A stretch of DNA of 64,000 nucleotides from Bryobacterales bacterium (GTDB lineage Bacteria > Acidobacteriota > Terriglobia > Bryobacterales > Bryobacteraceae): contig CAWBWU010000011.1 of the NCBI GenBank assembly GCA_963792655.1, positions 328,938-392,937 of the forward strand. Direction: 5' to 3'. The notes beneath the pieces are model-generated. The model was not told where the DNA came from. It saw only the letters and a list, made by a program, of their open reading frames with translations, and did not search any database. Position 1 is the first letter of the stretch; each line of letters starts with the position of its first letter. This document shows positions 30,138 to 40,990 of this stretch, piece by piece. The position numbers and the translations under genes are program-made.

Positions 30138-30148
30138 AGAAACAGCTA
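30138..30148. repeat. Right arm of the 11-bp inverted repeat
   Basis: AGAAACAGCTA. Contains the TAG stop (30146-30148, minus strand) of the histidine kinase gene. Confidence 0.7.
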
Positions 30149-31993
30149 GCTGGCGCGCACCGCGCCGGCGCGTCCATCCAGAACCTCACGCACCTTCTTG
30201 AGCAGGCCATCCGGCGTGAAAGGTTTGTGCAGCACTGCGCGCGGCGGGTCGTCTCCGTTGCCGATGTGGCTGTCGCGATAGCCCGACATAAACAGCACCT
30301 TGCGTTCGGGATCGAGCTGCGTGACGTTTTGGCTCAGCTCAAAGCCGTTCATATTCGGCATCACCACATCGGTCAGCACCAGATCCACGCGCGCACGGTT
30401 CTTGTTGTAGATGTCCCAGGCGTCTTTGCCGTCGCGTGCTTCGAGCACGGTGTAGCCGTTAGTCACGAGCACGGCCATCACCAGCTTGCGCACGCTGTCT
30501 TCATCGTCCGCAATCAGCACTGTCTCGGTGCCCGTCGGACCCATGCGACGTTTCTTGCGCAGGGGCTCGGGTGTTTCCTTCGCGCGCGGAAAATACATCT
30601 CGATAATGGTGCCCGCGCCCAACTGGCTATACACGTTGATATGGCCATCGTTCTGGCGGACAATGCCATACACAATCGAGAGACCCAACCCACTTCCCTT
30701 GCCCTGCGCTTTGGTGGTGAAGAACGGCTCGAACAGGCGCGAGCGGGTGACGTTATCCATGCCCACGCCGGTATCGCTCACCACGATCATCACGTAACTG
30801 CCGCCCGGCAGACCGGGCACGCGCGGATCGCCGTTCGCTTGCATCTCCACGTTGCTGGTCTCGATGACGAACTTGCCGCCTTTGGGCATCGCGTCTCTCG
30901 AGTTCATGGCCAGGTTGACGATCACCTGTTCGAGCTGACCAGGGTCGGACTTAATCTTGCCCAGCCCCGCACCGGGCAAAAAAATCAAGCCTACCTGATC
31001 GCCCAACAGCCGCTTCAGCATCGTATCCATGTTGGCCAGCAGCGCGTTCACATCCAGAACCTGCGCTTGCACTAACTGGCCGCGGCTGAGAGCGAGCAGT
31101 TGCCGCGTCAAGCCGGCCGCGCGTTCGGCGGCAACGAAAATTTCCTCCGCAAAACGGCGAAGCGGATTAGTGTTCTCCATCTCGGCTCGCAACATTTCGC
31201 TGTAGCCGGTGATGACGGTCAGCAGGTTGTTGAAGTCGCCGGCAACACCGCCCGCGAGCCTTCCGATCGCGTCCATACTCTGTGACTGCGTAAGCTGATC
31301 CTGAACCTGGCGGCGCTTGGTCACATCGCGCAGCAGCAGCACGGCTCCCGTGATCTTGCCGTTCTCGTCGCGGATCGGCGCGGCGCTTTCTTCGAGCGAC
31401 ACCTGGCTGCCTTCGCGCGGCCCGAACAGACCGGACTTGCCCGCCTGCAGCACGTCGCCGTTCTTCAACACCGTATCGAGCGACAACGCTTCAGTCGCAC
31501 CCGTTTGTTCGTTACGCAAGACGAAGACGTCGGTTGCCGATTTGGCGCGCGCTTCTTCGAGCGTGAGCCCGCACAGCGCCGTCGCTGAAGGATTCAGGAA
31601 CGTGATGCAGCCTTGCTTGTCGGTGACCACCACCGCGTCGCTGATACTCGAAAGCATCGCTGCCGAACGCTGCTGGCTCGACCGCATCTCGTGCGTGAGT
31701 TGGACGATCAGAACTTCCAGTGCGGTGAACGTCGCAACGCGAATCGCAGCATGCCAGTCGGTCAAGCAGTTTGGGACATAGATGTAACTCACCAGCGCCA
31801 CCGCAAACACCACGGCGGCATAACCACCTTCGCGCCCGAACCAGCGCGCGCTGATCAGCACCGCGGCGATGAACGGCAGCAGGTAGTTCGGCTCGATGAA
31901 CGGCCCGAGCAATTTGGAAGAGCCCAGAGCCGCGATGGTCAGCAGAAAAACCGAACCGTAGAGAATGACGAGCCTGCGCGTCTCAGATGCCAT
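30146..31993 (-). CDS. Hybrid sensor histidine kinase / response regulator (membrane DUF4118-like N-terminus, PAS, HisKA, HATPase_c, REC) with a degenerate H-box
   Basis: N box QVIVNLAMNSRDAMP, G1 VSDTGVGM, G2 GSGLGLS. REC domain with DLVLTDVVMP and HKPF. H-box reads GGVAGDFNNLL rather than ...AHDFNNLL. Confidence 0.9.
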   Translation of the reverse strand: MASETRRLVILYGSVFLLTIAALGSSKLLGPFIEPNYLLPFIAAVLISARWFGREGGYAAVVFAVALVSYIYVPNCLTDWHAAIRVATFTALEVLIVQLTHEMRSSQQRSAAMLSSISDAVVVTDKQGCITFLNPSATALCGLTLEEARAKSATDVFVLRNEQTGATEALSLDTVLKNGDVLQAGKSGLFGPREGSQVSLEESAAPIRDENGKITGAVLLLRDVTKRRQVQDQLTQSQSMDAIGRLAGGVAGDFNNLLTVITGYSEMLRAEMENTNPLRRFAEEIFVAAERAAGLTRQLLALSRGQLVQAQVLDVNALLANMDTMLKRLLGDQVGLIFLPGAGLGKIKSDPGQLEQVIVNLAMNSRDAMPKGGKFVIETSNVEMQANGDPRVPGLPGGSYVMIVVSDTGVGMDNVTRSRLFEPFFTTKAQGKGSGLGLSIVYGIVRQNDGHINVYSQLGAGTIIEMYFPRAKETPEPLRKKRRMGPTGTETVLIADDEDSVRKLVMAVLVTNGYTVLEARDGKDAWDIYNKNRARVDLVLTDVVMPNMNGFELSQNVTQLDPERKVLFMSGYRDSHIGNGDDPPRAVLHKPFTPDGLLKKVREVLDGRAGAVRAS

Positions 31994-32218
31994 GCAATGG
32001 GGCCATATTCATGCTAACGGAAAATCGCGCGGCCTTCCCGCGCTCTCGTCGTGAAACACCGCTTGCTCACGCGCGCGGCACGTAAAGCCGGCCCCGTCAG
32101 AGGCGCGACTGAGGGAGCGCATTGGCCCGGGTTCGGATTTTTGGAATGCGTGAGCATTCGACCTTGAGGACGCCAGCACTGCACATGCTTCAACGCAGTT
32201 TTAGGACACACGAGCACG

Positions 32219-33121
32219 TCAGTAGAGTGCCGGCTCTCCCGCGGGGCGCGTCTTCCATCGCCGGTGAATCCAGAGCCACTGGCCCTCGTGTTCGCGAATC
32301 GCCTGTTCTACCGAACGTTGAATAGACGCGGTGTCAGCAACAGCTTCACCCGTCATAGGAATCTCCGGGTAGAAGGTGAGCACGTACCGCTTTTCGTCTG
32401 CCGACCAGAACGCGAAGCCGGGCACCACAGCCGCGCCACTGCGAGCCGCCAGCTTTGCAAAGCTGATGTTCGTCGAAGCCGGGACTCCGAAGAACTCGAC
32501 GAACGCGCCCTCGCCAGCGAGCGAGTTGTGATCGACAAGAATGCCAACGGCCTCGTTGCGAGCCAGTGCCTTCAGCACCGGCCGCAGGAAGTCCTTTTTA
32601 GCCAGAATGGTGTTGCCCGACAACGCGCGCCGCTTCTCCACGAAACTTTCGAGCAGCGGATTATCAAGCGGACGCACCAGAACGTTCATGGGGCGCGATA
32701 ACAGAGCGTGGGCAAACGCGCTCAACTCCCAGTTGCCCAAATGGCCCGTTGCGAACAACACGCCTTTGCCGCGGGCGTGGGCCTGCTCCAGGTTGTGAAA
32801 CCCTTCATAGCGAATCCAGCGCGCGACATTGTGCTTGTCGATGGATGGAAACTTCGCGAAGGCCGTGAGCATGCGTCCGAGCGAAGCAAACACTTCGTCG
32901 AGCAATGCATCACGGCGCGGCTGCGCCATGCCCGGAGAAACCAGCAGCAGGTTGCGATGACCGACACTGCGCAGACGCGGAGCTACTTTATCTAGCGTCC
33001 GTGCAGCCAGCGCAGCCGCGCGCTCGGCGATCCCTCGCGGCAGCCAGCGCAGCACTCCCACAACGCCACGTGCGACCAGATATTCGGACCAGTTTCGAAA
33101 TGCCGAGCGCGAGCGGGGCAC
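32219..33121 (-). CDS. Lipid A biosynthesis (LpxL/HtrB-family) lauroyl/myristoyl acyltransferase
   Basis: ATGHLGNWEL acyltransferase motif, family-typical length. GTG start 3 nt after the reconstructed mnmA stop. Confidence 0.8.
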   Translation of the reverse strand: MPRSRSAFRNWSEYLVARGVVGVLRWLPRGIAERAAALAARTLDKVAPRLRSVGHRNLLLVSPGMAQPRRDALLDEVFASLGRMLTAFAKFPSIDKHNVARWIRYEGFHNLEQAHARGKGVLFATGHLGNWELSAFAHALLSRPMNVLVRPLDNPLLESFVEKRRALSGNTILAKKDFLRPVLKALARNEAVGILVDHNSLAGEGAFVEFFGVPASTNISFAKLAARSGAAVVPGFAFWSADEKRYVLTFYPEIPMTGEAVADTASIQRSVEQAIREHEGQWLWIHRRWKTRPAGEPALY

Positions 33122-33124
33122 GCG

Positions 33125-34224
<1,100 letters not shown>

Positions 34225-34232
<8 letters not shown>

Positions 34233-35367
34233 GCGCAAAACTCCGGTAGCGCGGCGCGATGCTGCGCAGGTGCGCGGCGGACTCGGCAACAGCGGCCACC
34301 AGCGCATCCACCTGTTCCGCGGTGTTGCCTGCGCCCAATGAAAAACGCACCGACGAACGCGCAGCACGGGCATCCAAGCCGATGGCAGTGAGTACATGCG
34401 ACGGCTCGACGGCGCCGCTCGAACAAGCTGATCCGCTCGAGACAGCGAAGCCGCGCAGATCGAGCGCGATCACCATCGGCTCACCCTCGATACCCGTGAA
34501 AGAAATGTTCGATGTATTCGGCAAGCGCGGGCTGCCGGCGCAGTTCACGATCGCGTCGGGCACTTGTGCCAACACGCCACGCTCAAATCTGTCGCGCAGT
34601 TCTGCAAGATCCTGCAGCGGCAATGTACTCGCAACACCCAGACCAACCGCTCCGGGGACATTCTCGGTGCCTGGCCGGCGCTCACGCTCGTGGTGCCCGC
34701 CGAACGTAATGGCCGGCAGGGCAAAGCCCTCGCGCACATACAAGGCTCCGATGCCCTTGGGCGCGCCCATCTTGTGGCCGCTGATCGAGTAAAGATCGGT
34801 CCCGATCGAGCGCACGTCCACGTGCATCCGTCCGGGCGCCTGCACACCGTCCGAATGCATAGCTGCGCCAGCCTCCCGCGCGATCGCGGCGATCTCGTGC
34901 ACGGGCTGCACAGTGCCGATCTCGTTGTTCGCATGCATCACCGAAATCAGACGCGTGTCCGCCCGGAGTGCGCGCTGCACATCGTCCGGCTCCACGACGC
35001 CGCTGCGTCCTACCGGTAGATACGTGACCTGCATGCCACGCTTCTCTAACGCAGCGAAGCAGTTCAACACAGCGGGATGTTCGATCGCTGTCGTAATCGC
35101 ATGCCCTTCGCGCGCTGCCAGCGTGCCGAAGATGGCCAGATTATTCGATTCGGTGCCGCCGCTGGTAAACACAATCTCGCGCGGCATTGCGCCGACGCGT
35201 GTTGCGATCTGCCGCCGCGCCGTTTCGAGCGCCTGCTTCGAACGCTGCCCGAAATAGTGAATGCTCGACGCGTTACCATACACTTCGGCCATGCTTCCGG
35301 TCACGGCCTGGAGCACTTCCGGCGCGACCGGTGTCGTTGCGTTGTGGTCGAAGTAATACCGCTGCAC
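34225..35367 (-). CDS. Cysteine desulfurase (NifS/IscS class V aminotransferase)
   Basis: PLP-Lys motif SISGHKMGAPKG and catalytic SSGSACSSG. 8-nt overlap with mnmA. Confidence 0.9.
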
Positions 35368-35384
35368 TTTCTTTCAGTTTATCA

Positions 35385-36179
35385 ATGGCGACTGTTGCAA
35401 ACATAACGCTCACGACTGACTTCGGCCTTGTCGATCACTATGTCGGCACCATGAAAGGCGTGATTGCTTCGATCTGTCCCGAAGCGCGCGTCATCGACAT
35501 CAGTCACGGCGTGCCGGCGTATGCATTAGGCGATGGCGCTTTCGTGATTGCGCAAGCCTGGCGCTACTTCCCGCCGGGCACCGTTCACGTCGTCGTCGTT
35601 GATCCCGGCGTCGGCAGTTCGCGGCGGCCCATTTTGCTGCACGCTGACGGACAATTCTTCGTCGCGCCTGACAACGGTGTGCTGTCGCTCGTGATGAGCA
35701 GCGCGCAAGAACAATCGGTGCGCTGGATCAACGCGACCGAATATTTTCTGCCAGAGGTGAGTCAAACCTTTCACGGGCGAGACATCTTCGCCGCCGTCGG
35801 CGCACATCTTGCGGCGGGGGTTGACGCCGTGAAGCTTGGCCCCGTCATTGACGATGCCGTGCGGCTGCCGATGCATCAGCCTCAGCAAACGGAAAATGGC
35901 TGGCGCGGCGCGATCATCTACGTCGACAAGTTCGGCAACCTGATCACCAACATCAAAGCCCCGTTATCGAGCGGTGCATTCACGCTGGTCGCCGGTGAGC
36001 ACACGATCAGCACCTACGCGCGAAGCTATTCGGAGACGGCGCCGGGCGAGCTATTCGTGATCGGCGGAAGTTCCGGCTTCCTCGAGATCTCCACCGCGCA
36101 AGCCTCCGCCGCCCTGCTGCTCGGCATCGGCGCCGGGGCCCTCATCGAGTTGTACTTCAGCGGGCCGGAAAAAGCTTAA
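35385..36179 (+). CDS. SAM hydrolase / SAM hydroxide adenosyltransferase family (DUF62)
   Basis: ITLTTDFGLVDHYVGTMKGVI N-terminal motif. Start moved to MATVANI (35385). Confidence 0.8.
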   Translation: MATVANITLTTDFGLVDHYVGTMKGVIASICPEARVIDISHGVPAYALGDGAFVIAQAWRYFPPGTVHVVVVDPGVGSSRRPILLHADGQFFVAPDNGVLSLVMSSAQEQSVRWINATEYFLPEVSQTFHGRDIFAAVGAHLAAGVDAVKLGPVIDDAVRLPMHQPQQTENGWRGAIIYVDKFGNLITNIKAPLSSGAFTLVAGEHTISTYARSYSETAPGELFVIGGSSGFLEISTAQASAALLLGIGAGALIELYFSGPEKA

Positions 36180-36683
36180 CGAGTTATCGCCCTGCCGCAA
36201 CATGCGCGTGCGGCGCAGCGGAGCAAAAGATTCACCGAGCGCAAAATGACGCGAGTGTTGCGCGATCACCAGACGCGGCGGATTGCGCGCAAGAATTTCC
36301 AAAGCGAGCTGATACTCCTGCTCACGCGTGAAAGGCGGGTCGAGAAAGATGATGTCCGCCCGTTGACGGCCCAGCGTTTGCGACACCGCGCCCTTCACCA
36401 CCATGGCGCGGGCTGCTAGGCCGAGTGATGCCAGGTTCTCCTCAATGATTCGCGCCGCGGCCGCGTTCTTCTCGAGAAAGATGCAATACGCGGCGCCGCG
36501 ACTCAGTGCTTCGATGCCCACCGCGCCCGTGCCCGCATATGCATCGAGAAAGGTGACACCATCCAATTCCGCATTGAGAATATTGAACAGCGCCTCGCGC
36601 AACCGGTCCGGGGTTGGCCGGACATCGCTGCCCGGCAAGCTCTTCAAATGTCGTGACCGGAACTCGCCGGCGATGACTCGCAT
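36051..36683 (-). CDS. rsmD: 16S rRNA (guanine966-N2)-methyltransferase RsmD, with an unusually long C-terminal tail
   Basis: MRVIAGEFRSRHL..., DAYAGTGAVGIEALSRGA, FLDPPF. The ORF continues about 35 codons past the family-typical end (...DNSLSFF) and overlaps the convergent gene by 129 nt. Confidence 0.8.
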   Translation of the reverse strand: MRVIAGEFRSRHLKSLPGSDVRPTPDRLREALFNILNAELDGVTFLDAYAGTGAVGIEALSRGAAYCIFLEKNAAAARIIEENLASLGLAARAMVVKGAVSQTLGRQRADIIFLDPPFTREQEYQLALEILARNPPRLVIAQHSRHFALGESFAPLRRTRMLRQGDNSLSFFRPAEVQLDEGPGADAEQQGGGGLRGGDLEEAGTSADHE

Positions 36684-36700
36684 GCTTCTATTGGAACTCA

Positions 36701-39700
36701 CTACTTGAATTCAATCGTGCGGCCGGGTGTGTACGGCGCACCCGCTGCTTCGAGTGCATCCTCCAGTTTTTTCACGTCCCCGCTCGCGAGCGACTTCAAC
36801 TGCGCAAGCACAGTGGTGAATTGCGACGACGCGATCTCGTAGTCCTTCAACTGCGTTTGCGTCGGCAGCGCGGTAGACATCCGCTGGCCCGAGACGATCT
36901 CCATCACGCGTTCGGAAATGGATGGCCCGGTGTTCTCATCGTGAGCTCTGAGCACCACGTCTCCGCGCAGTTCGCGAAGAATATCTTCATTGCGCTTCTG
37001 AATTGCCGTCGCTGTGTTGATCAGTTCGGTGCTCGCGCCCGGCGTCTCATAGAGCGCACGCCGCATCGCCGCCACATTCGTCTTCAGCGCATTCGCACTT
37101 TCGACCGCTCCCATCACGGCGCGCTGCAAACGCGAGACTTTCTCCTGGAAGCTGACCAACGTCGAACGATCCTGCTGGTTCATGGCAGCGGTGCCCGGCA
37201 CGGAAACGGTGAATGAAGAAGTGCCGGGGACAGGGGTCAACACGCCGTCGACACGCCGCGCGAGCGAGACCTGATACTTGCCGGGCATGATCGTCGGGCC
37301 GGTCGGGCCGCCAAAGAAATCGTCATCCTCCTCCGCATCCGGCGGAGCGGGACGTGAAAGCACGGGCGCGGGTTCGCGCAGGTCCCACGTGATGCGATGC
37401 AGACCCGCACTCGCGGGCGCGGTCAACCTGCGCACCGGATGACCGGCGGAATCCGAAACCGTCACGACGATTGCCGGCGGCTCTTCCGTTGCTTCGGCGC
37501 GAAACTCTTCCGCCGTTGGATAAGTGACGACGCCCTTCTTTTCCTTTTCGCGGCGTTGCTCCGCACGTGTGCGCAACGGCGTTTTCAAGTAGTAAGTGAC
37601 CGTTGCGCCGTATGGCGGATTGTCCGCAGAGAAGAATGCATCGCCCTGCCAGCCTTTGCCGCGGCCCCCATACGGCACGGCTTGCACATACATCGGAACG
37701 TCGCGCACGGGAAACAGCAGCGTGTCGCGGGTGAGCAGCTCAGGCGTCAGCGTTCGCAGGATGGAGTAGTCATCCAGAATGTAAACGCCGCGCCCGAATG
37801 TGCCGACGACCAGATCGTCCTGCTGCTTCTGGATTGCAATGTCTCGGACGGCAACAGTGGGCAAGCCGCTCTTCAGCCGCGTCCATTTATGGCCGCCATC
37901 GATCGTGAAGTAGAGACCGTACTCCGTACCGGCGAAGAGCAGGTTCGCGTTCTTGTGGTCTTCCGCGAGCGCATACACTGCCCCGCCCTCCGGAAGATCG
38001 CCACGGATGGAATGCCACGTCTTGCCGGCATCATCGCTCTTGAGCAAGTAAGGGTGGAAGTCGCCGTTCTGATGATTTTCGATCGCAGAGTACACCGTGT
38101 TCGCGTTATATTGCGACGCCATGATGCGGCTGACGTAGGAGTGTTCCGGCACGCCGGGGAAGTCGTTCGACTTGCGCCAGTGCCCGCCGCCATCTTCACT
38201 GACTTGAATCCAGCCATCATCAGTGCCGACGTACAGCAGGCCTTCTTTTTTCGGCGACTCCGCGAGTGTTGAGATGTTGCTGTAGAAAGCCGTTGACGAA
38301 TTCTTCGCCACCGCATCCGGGCCCCAGATCTTGCCCATCACGGGCAGCGTGTTGCGATCGATCTTCTGCGTCAGATCGGGACTCACGGTCTTCCACGTGT
38401 CGCCCCGGTCGTCACTGCGAAACAGCTTGTTCGATCCGAAGTAGATGCGCGTGTGCTGATGCGGGCTGATCATGATCGGCGAATCCCAGTTCCAGCGCAG
38501 CGGCTCTTCGCCCGCACCAGGCTCAGGCTGAATGCCAAGGCGTTCGCCCGTACGCTTGTCGAAGCGCACCAGCACGCCATATTGCAGCTCGGCGTAGATC
38601 GTGTTCGGGTCTTCCGGATCTACGCGCGACTGAAAGCCGTCTCCACCCTGCGTAACAAACCAGTCCGCGTTGGTGATGCCGTTCGCACTGCGCGTGCGCG
38701 CCGGACCGCCGACTGACGAGTTGTCTTGCGTTCCGCCATAAACGTTATAGAACGGCGCCTGATTATCGGTGGTCACGTCGTAAAACTGCCCGAGCGGCAG
38801 ATTGCTCTTGAAAGACCAGTTCGCGGCGCGATCGTACGATTCGTACAACCCGCCGTCGCAGCCGACAAGATAATGATTCGCGTCGCGCGGATCGATCCAG
38901 ATCACGTGATTGTCGCTGTGCTTCGAGCGTTCGCCGAGCGGCCGCAGCGTTTTGCCGCCATCGTCCGACACCGACATTCTTACGTTCATGAAGTAGACGC
39001 GGTCGGCGTTGTGCGGGTCGGCATAGATGCGCCCGAAGTACATGCCGGCAAACTCCACGGCGCTGCGCAGTTCCCAACTCGATCCGAAATCGTTGGACCG
39101 GAAGATGCCGCTCTTGTGATTGGCTGCCTCGACGCTCGCGTACACCAGCGCCGGGTTGTTTGCTGACGGCGCAAAGGTGATGCGGCCGAGGTCTTCCGCC
39201 GGCAGGCCCGAGCTGACTTTCGCCCACGTTGCACCCGCGTCCGTCGAACGATAAATCGCGCTCTCCGGGCCACCGTCAATCAATGTCCACTGAGTGCCGC
39301 CGCCGCTGATACGACGCTGCAATCAGGACATCGGGATTACGCGGATCGATCGCCACATCGGTGACGCCGGTGTTCTCGCTGATGTTGAGCGACTTGGTCC
39401 ACGTCTTGCCGCCATCGGTGGTTTTGTACAAGCCGCGATCGCCGCCCGCGGACCATAGCGGCCCTTGCGCCGCAACGTAGACGACCTTCGAATCGCGCGG
39501 GTCAATCGCAATGCGCGCAATGTGCTCGGACTTTTTCAAGCCCAGGTTCTTCCACGTCTTGCCGCCGTCATCGCTGCGATAGATGCCGTCGCCATAGGAC
39601 ACGCTGCGCTGGCTGTTGGCTTCGCCGGTGCCTACCCACAACGGTGGCTGAGTTCTTCGGATCGAGCGCCAGCGCACCAATGGAGTACGAGCCCTCGTTG

Positions 39701-39970
39701 TCGAACACCGGCGTCCAGACTGTTGCCGTTGTTGATGGTCTTCCACACGCCGCCCGACGCGGCGGCAATGAAGTAGTGCGCTGAGTTCGCGGGATCGACC
39801 GCGATATCGACGATGCGTCCGGAGATCATGGCCGGCCCAATCGACCGAAAGTGCAGACCGCTGAACGTTGCCGTTGACCACGCCGGGTCAGGCGATGGCT
39901 TCACAGGCTCAGCGGCGATAAGAGTGAACGATAGCGAAATAAATGCGAGCACACGAATGAGGAGGGCCAT
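36701..39970 (-). pseudogene. Sortilin/VPS10-like BNR (Asp-box) repeat protein, paralogue of 53066..56290; at least 3 frame breaks in this sequence
   Basis: Pieces 39632..40012 (signal peptide MALLIRVLAFISLSFTLIAA), 39568..39768, 39276..39881 and 36701..39322 are collinear with the intact paralogue (e.g. GDGIYRSDDGGKTWKNLGLK vs GDGIYKSIDAGKTWKNVGLK). Breaks near 39720, 39650 and 39297. Confidence 0.85.
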
Positions 39971-40045
39971 GAAAACGAGATAGTAACAGAGGGGGTTCAT
40001 GCCAAGGAGCAAGCTTTTGGCCTGCTCCTTGCCGAGCGTTGCGGT

Positions 40046-40549
40046 TTAGTTACGCGCGCGCAACGTAGCCAACAGGTCTTCAAGACGGTCGTAGCTGATG
40101 CTTGCGCCTTGCTGCATGCCCGACTTCAGCACCATGTCGAGAACCATCGGCGACGCATAGCGCACCGTAACGGTCATGCGCGTCTTTCCCTCTTCTTCGG
40201 TGAGTTCCGACGTGACGATCGACACCGCGTCAGGGAACGGTTCGAAGATTTCTGTGAAAACCGTGCGGTCAATCGAGATTTCGCGGTACTCGCCATAGAA
40301 CGCAGCTTCGCCCTTAGGATGCCGGTTGACGAAACGCCACTTGCCGCCGGGGCGCAGGTCGACTTCACACACCGGCACGGAATAGCCTTCGCCCAGGCGG
40401 CCCCACCATTGTTTGATGTGCTCGGGCTTGCTCATCGCCTCGAACACCAGTTCTCTCGGTGCGTTGAACAGGCGAGTCATGCGGACCTCTTGATCCGATA
40501 TCGTCGTTGCGTTAAAGCTTTCGTGATTTGCGGTTGCGTTGCTTACCAT
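40046..40549 (-). CDS. SRPBCC-superfamily protein (AHSA1/START-like)
   Basis: TRLFNAPRELVFEAMSKPEHIKQWWG motif. AAGGAG RBS 10 nt upstream of the ATG. Typical partner of ArsR-family regulators. Confidence 0.8.
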   Translation of the reverse strand: MVSNATANHESFNATTISDQEVRMTRLFNAPRELVFEAMSKPEHIKQWWGRLGEGYSVPVCEVDLRPGGKWRFVNRHPKGEAAFYGEYREISIDRTVFTEIFEPFPDAVSIVTSELTEEEGKTRMTVTVRYASPMVLDMVLKSGMQQGASISYDRLEDLLATLRARN

Positions 40550-40883
40550 TTTGTTTCTTCTCCTTTTTTTGTAGTTGCTGCAGGTAGTTGTCGAGCCGGT
40601 CGAGGCGTTGTTCCCAAAGATGCCGGTAGTGTTCCGTCCAATCGAAGACCTGTTTCAGCGGACCCGCGTCGATACTGCAGCGGCGCCACTGTGCGTCTTT
40701 GCGCTGCTCGATCAAGCCGGCGTGTTCGAGAACGCGAACGTGTCGCGATACAGCAGGCAAGCTCATATCGAACGGCTGCGCGAGCTCGGTGACGGAACAT
40801 TCGCCGGTGACAAGCCTGGCCAGAATGGCGCGGCGGGTAGGATCGGCAAGCGCGGCAAACGTGGTGCTGAGAGAGTCGGCCAT
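40512..40883 (-). CDS. ArsR/SmtB-family transcriptional regulator
   Basis: FAALADPTRRAILARL...SVTELAQPFDMSLPAVSRHVRVLEHAGLI wHTH. Lys/Arg-rich tail overlaps the downstream gene by 38 nt. Confidence 0.85.
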   Translation of the reverse strand: MADSLSTTFAALADPTRRAILARLVTGECSVTELAQPFDMSLPAVSRHVRVLEHAGLIEQRKDAQWRRCSIDAGPLKQVFDWTEHYRHLWEQRLDRLDNYLQQLQKKEKKQNGKQRNRKSRKL

Positions 40884-40884
40884 G

Positions 40885-40918
40885 TTTAACCGATATGTTA
40901 ATTAACAACTAAGTTAAA
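40885..40918. promoter_or_regulatory. AT-rich 34-bp palindrome, candidate ArsR operator
   Basis: TTTAAC-N6-GTTAATTAAC-N6-GTTAAA (22 of 34 positions self-complementary), starting 2 nt upstream of the ArsR ATG. Confidence 0.4.
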
Positions 40919-40932
40919 TGTCAACAGCACCA

Positions 40933-40990
40933 CGACAGCAATGGAGCGGGTTGGTCACGTTACCAGCAAAAACCCGCTCCATTGCTGTCG
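40933..40990. repeat. Perfect 18-bp inverted repeat (58-nt hairpin) in a divergent intergenic region
   Basis: CGACAGCAATGGAGCGGG (40933-40950), 22-nt loop, CCCGCTCCATTGCTGTCG (40973-40990). The loop itself contains TGGT...ACCA. Confidence 0.7.

Noticed and set aside
24235-30148. Genomic island integrated at tRNA-Ala
   Set aside because: There is no integrase, and by eye I found no direct repeat of the tRNA 3' end downstream. The genes immediately downstream are ordinary high-GC metabolic genes. Only the small cassette at 29.25-30.15 kb looks foreign, and it is reported separately.
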